Positions 45,577 through 55,525 of a stretch of DNA of 56,598 nt are shown here, one piece after another. Under the pieces are notes generated by a model. It did not search any database, was not told the DNA's origin, and saw only the letters and a program-made list of their open reading frames with translations. The stretch's first letter is position 1, and each line of letters begins with the position of its first letter. Source of the stretch: Polyangia bacterium (GTDB lineage: Bacteria > Myxococcota_A > Polyangia > Fen-1088); contig DASXQB010000226.1 in assembly GCA_036493295.1 (NCBI GenBank), forward strand, positions 1 through 56,598. Direction: 5' to 3'. The position numbers and the translations under genes are program-made.

Positions 45577-46779
45577 ATGACAGATCTCGTGCGCTCGCTG
45601 CGCCGATTGCCGCGCGTGGTGTGGTTGCTGGGGTTGGCCAGCCTGCTGAACGACGTCTCCAGCGAAGCGATCTTTCCGTTGTTACCGCTGTTCCTGTCGT
45701 CGATGGGAGCGCCGATGCGTTTCCTGGGATTGATCGAGGGCAGCGCCGACGCCTTGTCCAGCGTCATCAAGATGATCGCCGGGCGCCTGTCCGATCGAGG
45801 ACCCCGCCGCTTGATGGTGACCGGCGGGTATTTCATGCCGGCCATCGCCCGGGCGGTGATCGCGATGGCGCTGGCGCCGTGGCACGTGCTGGCGGCGCGC
45901 CTGTTCGATCGGGCCGGGAAGGGCATTCGTTCCGGTCCGCGCGACGCCATGCTGGCCGATTCGGTCGACGCCGGCAGCCGCGGGCGGGCGTTCGGCCTCA
46001 ATCGATCGATGGATCACCTGGGCGCGGCGCTGGGGCCGTTGATCGCCTCCAGTTTGCTGTGGCTGGGGGTGGGGCTGCGGTCGACGTTCGCGGTGGCGGC
46101 GGTGATCGGTCTATTGGCGCCGCTGGTGTTGTTCCTTCGCCTGCGCGAGCCGCCGGCGGCGGCGGGCACGGCCGAGAAGGCGGCGGCGGCCACTATCAGC
46201 GGCGCGCGCTTGAAAAAAGGCTTCGCGCCTTATCTGGTCGCCTGTGTCTTTTTCGCCCTCGGCAATTCGTCGGATGCGTTCTTGCTGGTGCGGGCGCGCG
46301 AGGTGGGCTGGTCGGCGACGTCGTTGCCGCTGATCTGGCTGTTTCATCACCTGGTGAAATCGGCGGTGGCCATCCCGGGCGGCGCGCTGTCGGATCGTCA
46401 TTCGCGCGCCGTGGTGGTGGCGGCGGGATGGGCGGCGTACGCGGCCACGTATCTCGGTTTTGGTTTTGCGAACGCGCGCTGGCAAATCTTCGGACTGTTC
46501 GTGGCCTACGCGCTCTATCACGGCCTGGCCGAAGGAGCCGAGCGGGCCATCGTCGCCGATCTGTCCGAGACCGGCGCGCGTGGGCGAGCGTTCGGCCTTT
46601 ATCACGGCTGCGTGGGCGTGGCGGCGCTGCCGGCCGGGCTGGCGACCGGTCTGTTGTGGGACGGGCTGGGCGCGCGCTGGGCGCTGGGTTTGAACGCGGC
46701 GTTCGCCGCGCTGGCCTCACTGTTCCTGGCCTCGCTGGCCTTCGGCGGCCCGCTGCGCCGGCGCGCTGGCTCGGTCTAG
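45577..46779 (+). CDS. MFS transporter
   Basis: About 12 hydrophobic segments. MFS loop motif GRLSDRGPRR. ATG at 45577 preferred to TTG at 45568. Confidence 0.85.
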   Translation: MTDLVRSLRRLPRVVWLLGLASLLNDVSSEAIFPLLPLFLSSMGAPMRFLGLIEGSADALSSVIKMIAGRLSDRGPRRLMVTGGYFMPAIARAVIAMALAPWHVLAARLFDRAGKGIRSGPRDAMLADSVDAGSRGRAFGLNRSMDHLGAALGPLIASSLLWLGVGLRSTFAVAAVIGLLAPLVLFLRLREPPAAAGTAEKAAAATISGARLKKGFAPYLVACVFFALGNSSDAFLLVRAREVGWSATSLPLIWLFHHLVKSAVAIPGGALSDRHSRAVVVAAGWAAYAATYLGFGFANARWQIFGLFVAYALYHGLAEGAERAIVADLSETGARGRAFGLYHGCVGVAALPAGLATGLLWDGLGARWALGLNAAFAALASLFLASLAFGGPLRRRAGSV

Positions 46780-47810
46780 ATCTCGTCGCCGTTCCTCTTG
46801 GCGATGGCCAGCTGTTCCCGGCGCTGGCGCAGCACCTCGCGCAGAATGATCTGCAGCGCCGCCACCACCGGGACGGCGACCACCGCGCCGATGACCCCGC
46901 CCATCTCGCCCAGGAACAGCACGGACAGCGTGACCACCAGCGGGTTGACGTGCACCGTGCGCCGAAAAATCAGCGGACCCAGCACGTTTCCTTCCAGCTG
47001 GCCGTAAGCGAGAAAGTACGCCACCGACGCCACCGCGTGCCACGGCCCACCGGTGAGCAGGGCGATCAAGGTGATGCCGGTGCCGGCGATGAATGGACCG
47101 GCGTAGGGGATGGTGCTGGAGAAACCGCTGATGAGCCCCAGCGGCAAGAAGAACGGCACGCCGTCGATGGCCAGAAAGACCGTCGTCAAGGTGGCGTTGA
47201 TGGTGCAGATCAAGATCAGGCCACCGACATAGCCACCCACCGACTGATAGATTTTTTTGATGACGTTCCGGTAGACGGGGCCGTGCTGGGGTCGCGCCTC
47301 GCCGAGCGCTGCCTGCACCAAACGACCGCCGAAGATCAGCATGAACACGGTGAGAAAGAAGATCGACACCACAGCCGCTATCACGCTGATGATCCCACCC
47401 ACGGCCGAGAGGATGGGCGCCGCTGCGCCCTCCAGCAGCTCGGGCGCTTTTTCTTCGAAGCCGCTGATGCGGCTGGACAGATCCATGCGCCCGTCCACGA
47501 TCTGAAAAAGACGATTTGACCGCAGCGACTTGACATAGCTGGGCGCCGCTTTGACCAGCGCCTTGCCCTGGCGGATGGCGGGCGGAATGATGGTGACGGC
47601 CAGGCCGGCCTGCAGGCAGACCACGCCCAGCATGACCAGGGCGATGGCCAGGGACCGCGGCACCCGGCGCCGCGTGAGCATGGAGACCACGTGATCGAGG
47701 GCGATCGCCAGCAGCGCCGCCGTGGCGGTCAACGTCACCGCCACCAGCGCATGACTGACGGCCAGCACCAGCGCCGCCACCAGCAGGACGCCGGCGCTGA
47801 TGGTGAACAC
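46776..47810 (-). CDS. AI-2E family (PerM/UPF0118) transporter
   Basis: Multi-pass protein. C-terminal family pattern IPYAGPFIAGTGITLIAL...YGQLEGNVLGPLIFRRTVHVNPLVVTLSVLFLGEMGGVIGAVVAVP. GTG start. Confidence 0.85.
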   Translation of the reverse strand: MFTISAGVLLVAALVLAVSHALVAVTLTATAALLAIALDHVVSMLTRRRVPRSLAIALVMLGVVCLQAGLAVTIIPPAIRQGKALVKAAPSYVKSLRSNRLFQIVDGRMDLSSRISGFEEKAPELLEGAAAPILSAVGGIISVIAAVVSIFFLTVFMLIFGGRLVQAALGEARPQHGPVYRNVIKKIYQSVGGYVGGLILICTINATLTTVFLAIDGVPFFLPLGLISGFSSTIPYAGPFIAGTGITLIALLTGGPWHAVASVAYFLAYGQLEGNVLGPLIFRRTVHVNPLVVTLSVLFLGEMGGVIGAVVAVPVVAALQIILREVLRQRREQLAIAKRNGDEI

Positions 47811-47946
47811 CGTCTTCAGCGTGACCTGCGAGCGACGAACTTCCGGATCGGTGGGTGTCAGCGGCGCCTCCCGGGCCGGACGTTAACGCGCGCGATCGCC
47901 ACCGTCGAGGAGGATCGGCCAACGTGGCGCCGATTGGCGCGGGCGA

Positions 47947-48792
47947 TCAAAGTACGGCGCGCAGAAAATCCACCGTGCACCGCTGCTGGATGACGGCGAA
48001 GCCGTGCGCGGCGACGCGCGCGCGGGCGGCCGGGTCGGCGAGAAATTTCAGGCAGGTCTCGGTCAGGCGCGGATAGTCGGCGAAGGCCACACCGTCGGCG
48101 AACGGCGCCTCGCCGGCGGGATCGCTGCCGCGTTCGGAGACCACGAAGCAGCGGTTGGCCAGCAGATATGACACCCGCACGATCTCGAACACCTTGGCGT
48201 CGTACAGGTGCAGGTTCAGCACGATCTTCGCCCGCGCGATCAGCGTGTCGCGCGCTGGGCCGTAGACGCCGAACACCGGGACGACGTTGGCGCCGGTCTC
48301 GTGCAAGGCCTGCAGCACCGCCACCCGCCGCTCCACCAGCGAGCCGGCGAACAGCACGTCGATGTCTTGCTGGGCAGCGGGCGCGATACGGGTCAGCTCG
48401 GGCACGTAGCCTATCGGCACATGCCGGGCAGCCACGCCGTGGCGGGCGAGGGCGGCGATGTTGGCCACGCTGTAATCCCAGACCACGTGGCGGCGATAAA
48501 GGGCCAGCAGTTCGGGCGTCAGCCAGGGCGAATCGTCGTAGATCTGTTCCAGGTTGTAGAGGATCGAATCGGGCGCCAGGTGGTGCGGCAGATTGAACTG
48601 GGTGATCAGGTTGGCGCCAAAAATAATCAGACGGCGGTCCGCGTGGTCCGTGCGATCGCCGAGGATCGCATCGTGGCCCAGGGTCAGCAGCGCGTGGTGA
48701 ACCGACTCGGCGGCTTCACGAAAGGCTTCGCCGTGGGCGTATCCCGGTTCGCTGGCGATGGTGACGGCGAATCGCTGCGGGCGATCAACCAC
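47947..48792 (-). CDS. putative glycosyltransferase (CgeB-like / Glyco_trans_1_2-type C-terminal half)
   Basis: Pattern DIDVLFAGSL.ERR..VLQAL...VFGVYGPARDTLIARAKIVLNLHLY....FEIVRVSYLLANRCFVVSE. GTG start. Confidence 0.55.
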   Translation of the reverse strand: MVDRPQRFAVTIASEPGYAHGEAFREAAESVHHALLTLGHDAILGDRTDHADRRLIIFGANLITQFNLPHHLAPDSILYNLEQIYDDSPWLTPELLALYRRHVVWDYSVANIAALARHGVAARHVPIGYVPELTRIAPAAQQDIDVLFAGSLVERRVAVLQALHETGANVVPVFGVYGPARDTLIARAKIVLNLHLYDAKVFEIVRVSYLLANRCFVVSERGSDPAGEAPFADGVAFADYPRLTETCLKFLADPAARARVAAHGFAVIQQRCTVDFLRAVL

Positions 48793-48875
48793 CGCGACCG
48801 CCCGTCGGTGATTTGCCTCTGCCGGTCATCCTGCGCCAAGATTACGCTGGCGCCGGAATTTTCGCGCCCCCCGCG

Positions 48876-51731
48876 ATGACCACGTCCATCCCGTCCCCGC
48901 CACCCGCCGCCCTGCCCAGGGTGTCGATCATCGTGCCGGTGTGGAACCAGTGGGCGCTGACCTGGAAATGTTTGATGGCGATCGCCGCCCACACCGCCGA
49001 CGTTCCGCACGAGGTCATCGTCGTCGACAACGGCTCGACCGACGACACCGCGGCGGCGCTGCGCGCGCTGGAAGGCGTCCGCCACCGGCGCAACGACACG
49101 AACCTGGGTTTCGGCACAGCCTGCAACCAGGGCGCGCAGATGGCTCGGGCGCCGCTGCTGGTGTTCCTGAACAACGACACCGAGCCGCAGCCGGGCTGGC
49201 TGTCCGCAATGCTGCGGGTGGCGGACGCCGATGCGCGCGTGGCGGTGGTGAACCCGCGCCTGGTGTTTCCCGACGCGACCATCCAGCACGCCGGTTTCAT
49301 CGTCGCCTACGGGTTTCCCTATCCGGTGTCGCTGATCCCGCGGGAGTACAAGAAGCCGGCCACCGCCGCCAACGAGCGCGTCGAGCTGCGAGCGGCGTCG
49401 GCGGCCTGTCTGCTGGTCCGCGCGGCGATCTTCGGCACGCTGAAGGGATTTGACGAGACGTTCATCAACGGCTACGAAGACATCGATCTCTGTTTTCGAG
49501 TGGTGCGCGGCGGCGGGCGGATCATCTATGCGCCCGACGCCGTGGTGCTGCATCACGAGGCGATGAGCGGGGGCCGCTTCAAGAACGAAGCCGTGAACCT
49601 GGATCGGTTTCAACAGCGCTGGATGGGCAAGTGGGACGGGTTTGACTACGACTATCGAACCAACGCCGGGCGGGTGGCGACGGATCCGGCGCGGCCGGGC
49701 GTCAGCGTGGTGGTGGTAGCCGGGAACGCGCTGCCCACGGCGACGCCATGTCTGGAAAGCCTGCTGGCCTGTACGGGCCCGCAGGACGAGGTGGTGATCG
49801 TCGACGACGGGTCGGTGGGCGCGTCGGCGACGGCGCTGGCCCAGTTCGCGGCGCGCGAGCCGCAACTTGCGCGTCTCTTGCGTTTGAACGACTGGCAAGG
49901 TTTCGGGCGGGCGGCGCAAGCGGGTCTGCGCGCCGCCACGCGCGACTTTGCCGTGGTGATGCCGGCCAATTTGAAAGTGAGCGGGCGCTGGCTGGATCGC
50001 TTGCTTGGGCAACTGGGCGCCGACAGCAGCATCGGCGTGCTCACGCCGTCGGGCAGCGGCAACCCGGTGCAGGGCGGCGGGCCGCTGTTCGCGCCGCCCG
50101 ACGCGCGCGTCACCGGGCGCTCGTCGGTGCTGGACAAGCTGGTGACGGCGGGCCCGCGCACGACGGCGGTGCCGGCGACCGCTTGCCTCTGCGGGCGGCG
50201 GGCCACGCTGCTGGCGCTGGCGGATGATCCGGCGCTGCTGCTGGGCGAAGAGGCGACGGCGCTGGCGGCCCGTCTTGCACAGAGCGGCCTGCGGCTGGCG
50301 GCGGCGCAGGACGTCTTCGTCGCGCGCATCAACCAGCAAAGCGCCGAGCCCCGTCCGGTCGAGCGCGAACGATATCTGATCCAGCAAAGCGCCAATCTGG
50401 CCGCCGAGCGACTGCGAGAGACCACCCCCGTCGGGGCGCCGCCCGCGCGTGTCACCACCGTGTCGCCGCAGCTTGGCCGCGCCAGCATCGTCATCTTGGT
50501 GCGCGACAACTTGTTGCTGACCGTCGAGTGTGTCGAATCGATCTATCGCCACACCCACCACGACTTCGAGCTCATCGTCGTCGACAACGGCTCGGCGCCC
50601 GACGTCGGGGCGTTCTTTGCGAGCCTGCAAGCGCAGCACGGCAACGTGGTGCTGATTCGCAATCCTGACAATGAAGGCTTCCCGTTCGGCGTGAACCAGG
50701 GCTTGGCCGCCGCGCGCGGGGAATTCGTGGTGTTGCTGAACAACGACGTGGTGGTCACGCGCGGCTGGCTCAGTCGGCAACTGGCCCTGCTGGCGGTGGA
50801 TCCGCAGGTGGCCGTCGTCGGTCCGGTCACCAACGCCACCAGCGGACCGCAGCTGGTCGGCACCGCGACCTATGCCGGCCTGGGCGATGTCGACGCCTTC
50901 GCCGCGCAGTGGGCGATCGAGCACGCCGGCGAGATGGCCTTCGTTCCGCGGCTCACCGGCCTGTGCATGGTGATGCGGCGATCGCTGGTCGACAGCATCG
51001 GCGGCATGGACACCATCTTCGGCTACGGCAACTGCGAGGACGACGATTTTTGCCTGCGCGTCCTGCGCAGCGGGCAACAGATCGCCGTCGCCTACGACGT
51101 CTTCATCCACCACCACGGCAGCGCCACGTTCAAGGCGATGTCGCTGTCCGCCAGCCGGATGGTGGCCGACAACTGGGCGCTGTTCTGCGAAAAGTGGCAA
51201 CACCAAAGCCAGGTCCACACCGCCGAGGCGCTGCGCGTGCTGGCCGGCGCGCGCCGGTTCGATCCCGCCGCCGATCCGATCCCGGTTGTGTACGGGGAGA
51301 TCTTTCACCCGGGCGCCGCACCGCTGGCGCTGGACACGCCCCACCGGCAGCGCCTGCTGTGCATTCCCGATCTCACCGACGACGCCTGGCTGCTGGCGAT
51401 GGACGGCGTCTTTCGCGCGCTGACCAATCGCGATCCCGTGGCGGTCGTGGTTCGCGTTGATCCGCCCAGCGCCGTTACCGTCGACCGCGCCGTCGCCGGC
51501 GTGAAGGCGATTCTGTCCCGTCAGGGCCGCTCGCTCGACGATGCCCCCGATGTCATCATCGAAGCCAGCGCTATTGCCCCCCGCGATCGCGGCGGGCTTT
51601 ACACCGCCGCAACCGCCTTCATTCCGCTGCCCGGTTCCCGCGCGCGCTTCCTGGCCCGCGAAGCAGTCGCTTGCGGGTTACCGATCGTCGTTGCCGAAGG
51701 CGTACGCGGGTTCGTCGACCAGCGCCGTTAG
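48876..51731 (+). CDS. multidomain glycosyltransferase: three GT2 (GT-A) modules plus a GT-B-like C-terminal fragment
   Basis: Module 1: VSIIVPVWNQ...VIVVDNGSTDDT...LVFLNNDT. Module 2 (degenerate): VSVVVVAGN...VVIVDDGS...AVVMPANL. Module 3: ASIVILVRDN...LIVVDNGSAPD...VVLLNNDV. The tail EAVACGLPIVVAEG is GT1-like. Confidence 0.85.
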   Translation: MTTSIPSPPPAALPRVSIIVPVWNQWALTWKCLMAIAAHTADVPHEVIVVDNGSTDDTAAALRALEGVRHRRNDTNLGFGTACNQGAQMARAPLLVFLNNDTEPQPGWLSAMLRVADADARVAVVNPRLVFPDATIQHAGFIVAYGFPYPVSLIPREYKKPATAANERVELRAASAACLLVRAAIFGTLKGFDETFINGYEDIDLCFRVVRGGGRIIYAPDAVVLHHEAMSGGRFKNEAVNLDRFQQRWMGKWDGFDYDYRTNAGRVATDPARPGVSVVVVAGNALPTATPCLESLLACTGPQDEVVIVDDGSVGASATALAQFAAREPQLARLLRLNDWQGFGRAAQAGLRAATRDFAVVMPANLKVSGRWLDRLLGQLGADSSIGVLTPSGSGNPVQGGGPLFAPPDARVTGRSSVLDKLVTAGPRTTAVPATACLCGRRATLLALADDPALLLGEEATALAARLAQSGLRLAAAQDVFVARINQQSAEPRPVERERYLIQQSANLAAERLRETTPVGAPPARVTTVSPQLGRASIVILVRDNLLLTVECVESIYRHTHHDFELIVVDNGSAPDVGAFFASLQAQHGNVVLIRNPDNEGFPFGVNQGLAAARGEFVVLLNNDVVVTRGWLSRQLALLAVDPQVAVVGPVTNATSGPQLVGTATYAGLGDVDAFAAQWAIEHAGEMAFVPRLTGLCMVMRRSLVDSIGGMDTIFGYGNCEDDDFCLRVLRSGQQIAVAYDVFIHHHGSATFKAMSLSASRMVADNWALFCEKWQHQSQVHTAEALRVLAGARRFDPAADPIPVVYGEIFHPGAAPLALDTPHRQRLLCIPDLTDDAWLLAMDGVFRALTNRDPVAVVVRVDPPSAVTVDRAVAGVKAILSRQGRSLDDAPDVIIEASAIAPRDRGGLYTAATAFIPLPGSRARFLAREAVACGLPIVVAEGVRGFVDQRR

Positions 51732-51743
51732 ACGAACGCGCGG

Positions 51744-53531
<1,788 letters not shown>

Positions 53532-53589
53532 TCAAGACCGACGGTCGCTCTTGGCGTCGGTTTGCCGTCGGCGCGGCGGCGGCGAAGCG

Positions 53590-55092
53590 TCAGACGGCCA
53601 TGCGCAGGGGCTGGGCCAGGCTGGGCGTGCGGAAGGCGGCGGCCGCCTCGGATTCTCCGCCGGCCCGCGGCGCGGCCACCGCGCGGTCAAAGCACAGCAT
53701 CATCGGGCGGCTGTCGGTGAACGGGCCGGCCGCTCCTTCCAGCGCAGCGTCCAGCGCCAGCGCGCTGCTGAAGGATAGCTTGCCCAGAAGGCGGCGAATC
53801 TCGTCGGCGCGGTAAAGGCCGGCGCTGGCCCCCAGCGGTCGGCCGAAATCCTGGTCGCTGTTGTTCCAGGCATATCGATACAGCCCATGCGCGAACCGGG
53901 TCAGGGCGGGGACGCGCTGGCTGCGCCGCGAGCGCTGCGAGTGGCCGGTGTTTTCGCCCAGCGCCAGCGCGCAGCCCAACGCCCGCGGTTCGATGTCCAG
54001 GGCGCGGGCGGCGTCGGTGAGGCAGAAGTCGCGCACGAACAGCGTGTCGTCGCTGGCCAGCAGCACGTGGCGATGCGGCGCCAGCAGCGCGGGCAGTTGC
54101 TTGGCCAGATCGCGTTCGGCGACCAGCGTGGCGAATGGATGCTCGGCGGCGATAGCCTGATAGAGGCGGGTGTCGTCGGCGCCGCTGGCCTGGTACAGGA
54201 CCTTGACGTCGATCTGCGTTTGGTCCTGGCAATGCCGGGCGAACGTGCGCAGCGTCTGGTCGACGGCCGCGGCGCCGTTGCTGCTGAGGATCAGCACCAG
54301 CGTGGCGGCGGGCGCCGTGTCGACGGTGTTCGGGTCCACCGGCAGCGAGGCAAGCTGCAGCGCCGCCCGCCCGCATTCGGGATCGATCTCCAGGGCGTGG
54401 CGATAGAACGGGCGCGCCTCGGCCGGGTGCCCGGCGGCGACGGTGATGTCGCCGGCCAGGATCAGCGCATCGACGTCGTCGCGGTTGGCGATCAGCACCG
54501 GGGCGATCACCTTGCCGGCGTCCTCGCAGCGGCCCGCATCCAGCAAGATCGCGGCCCGCGTGCGGCGAAAGTCGGCGTTGTTCGGATCGATCTCGCAAGC
54601 GATCCCGGAGGCGATCTGCGCCGGCTGCAGCCGCTCCATCGCTTGATGGACGATGGCCAGATCGTTCCACGCTTCGCCACAGGAGGGGTGGGCGGCCACG
54701 AATCGTTCCAGCTCGGCGACGGCCAGGGCCAGCTCGTCGCGCGCCACCAGGCGATTGACCACCTCCACGCAAGCTTCATACGCCGCCGCTGGATTGGCGG
54801 CGCGTGCCGCGGCGTCGATGGCCGCGAAGTTGTCACGGATGATGCCCGCCAGCTCGCCGTCGTCGTGGCAGAGCTCGGCGGCGCGTCTCACCGAGGCGCG
54901 CGCGTCAGCCAGGCGGCCGGCTTGATAGCACACCACCGCCAGATCGTTGTGGGCGATGGCCAGATCCGAATGGGCGGCGACGATGGCGCGCAGGCTGTCC
55001 ACCGCCTCGGCCCAGCGGCATGCCTCGATCAAAAGGCTGACGGAGACCAAACGGGCCTGGTACTGCGCTTGACGAATGGAGATGGTTTCCAT
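53590..55092 (-). CDS. TPR-repeat protein with C-terminal GT-A-like (putative glycosyltransferase) domain
   Basis: There are 5-6 TPR-like helical pairs (e.g. AIAHNDLAVVCYQAGRLADARASVRRAAEL and AWNDLAIVHQAMERLQPA). The C-terminal half reads ATLVLILSSNG...LLASDDTLF (Rossmann-like start plus an acidic DD motif). SD AGGAG before the ATG. Confidence 0.7.
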   Translation of the reverse strand: METISIRQAQYQARLVSVSLLIEACRWAEAVDSLRAIVAAHSDLAIAHNDLAVVCYQAGRLADARASVRRAAELCHDDGELAGIIRDNFAAIDAAARAANPAAAYEACVEVVNRLVARDELALAVAELERFVAAHPSCGEAWNDLAIVHQAMERLQPAQIASGIACEIDPNNADFRRTRAAILLDAGRCEDAGKVIAPVLIANRDDVDALILAGDITVAAGHPAEARPFYRHALEIDPECGRAALQLASLPVDPNTVDTAPAATLVLILSSNGAAAVDQTLRTFARHCQDQTQIDVKVLYQASGADDTRLYQAIAAEHPFATLVAERDLAKQLPALLAPHRHVLLASDDTLFVRDFCLTDAARALDIEPRALGCALALGENTGHSQRSRRSQRVPALTRFAHGLYRYAWNNSDQDFGRPLGASAGLYRADEIRRLLGKLSFSSALALDAALEGAAGPFTDSRPMMLCFDRAVAAPRAGGESEAAAAFRTPSLAQPLRMAV

Positions 55093-55125
55093 GACACGCT
55101 CCTGATGGTTTCAAACCAGGGTTCA

Positions 55126-55140
55126 GCAAGGCCGGTGCCA
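55126..55140 (-). promoter_or_regulatory. consensus sigma-54 promoter (TGGCAC-N5-TTGC) for the TPR/GT-like gene
   Basis: The minus strand reads TGGCACcggccTTGCt. This gives 33 nt between TTGC and the ATG at 55092, leaving a leader of about 20 nt that contains AGGAG. Confidence 0.6.
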
Positions 55141-55252
55141 GCACGACCCGCCAAAACCGCGGGCCTTCGCCGGGCCGGCGGTCGTGGCGCGCGTCAGGCT
55201 TGTGTCGCCGTCGCACTTCTGACGCGGGCGAAAGTTATTTTTCCGGCGGCCC

Positions 55253-55280
55253 TCAAGTTTTTCGTCGGTCCGGCCGATGG
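55253..55280 (+). promoter_or_regulatory. sigma-28 (FliA/SigD)-like promoter candidate
   Basis: TCAAGTTT (55253-55260), 12 nt, then GCCGATGG (55273-55280). Compare the enterobacterial consensus TAAAGTTT-N11-GCCGATAA. It lies about 20 nt upstream of the YjfB-like start. Confidence 0.4.
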
Positions 55281-55299
55281 CACCATGGGGGAGCAAACC

Positions 55300-55500
55300 A
55301 TGCCCATGGACATCAGCGGCGCCACGCCGAACACCTCAGTCGATCCGTCGGACAACTTCGGCGTCAGCGTGCTCAAGAAGTCGCACAACAACCAGAAGAT
55401 GGTCGGTGAGGCGGCCGTGAAGCTGATCGACCAGAGCGGCCAGGTCGCGTCGCCCCAGATGACCAAGACCGAAGACGGCCACATCTCGGTCCGGGCGTAG
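55300..55500 (+). CDS. YjfB-family small protein (putative motility protein family)
   Basis: MPMDISGA...GVSVLKKSHNNQKMVGEAAVKLID...DGHISVRA fits the family layout: an MDI start, an S(I/V)xVLKK core and a G..I.V.A end. SD GGGGGAG at 55287-55293. Alternative ATGs at 55285 and 55306. Confidence 0.65.
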   Translation: MPMDISGATPNTSVDPSDNFGVSVLKKSHNNQKMVGEAAVKLIDQSGQVASPQMTKTEDGHISVRA

Positions 55501-55525
55501 GCGTTTCGTCGCGCGAGTCGCCCGG

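Noticed and set aside
46776-46779. 4-nt overlap of the convergent MFS and AI-2E stop codons (CTAG)
   Set aside because: This is a trivial consequence of tight packing, and no functional signal is implied.
48684-51344. 886-aa minus-strand ORF antisense to the triple-GT2 gene
   Set aside because: It has no motifs and is Arg/Gly/His-rich. The plus frame carries three clean GT2 signatures.
53887-55284. N-terminal about 465 codons of the 537-aa plus ORF (53887..55500)
   Set aside because: This part is antisense to the TPR gene and has no motifs. Only the last 66 codons, after an SD and a promoter-like element, look like a real gene (YjfB family).
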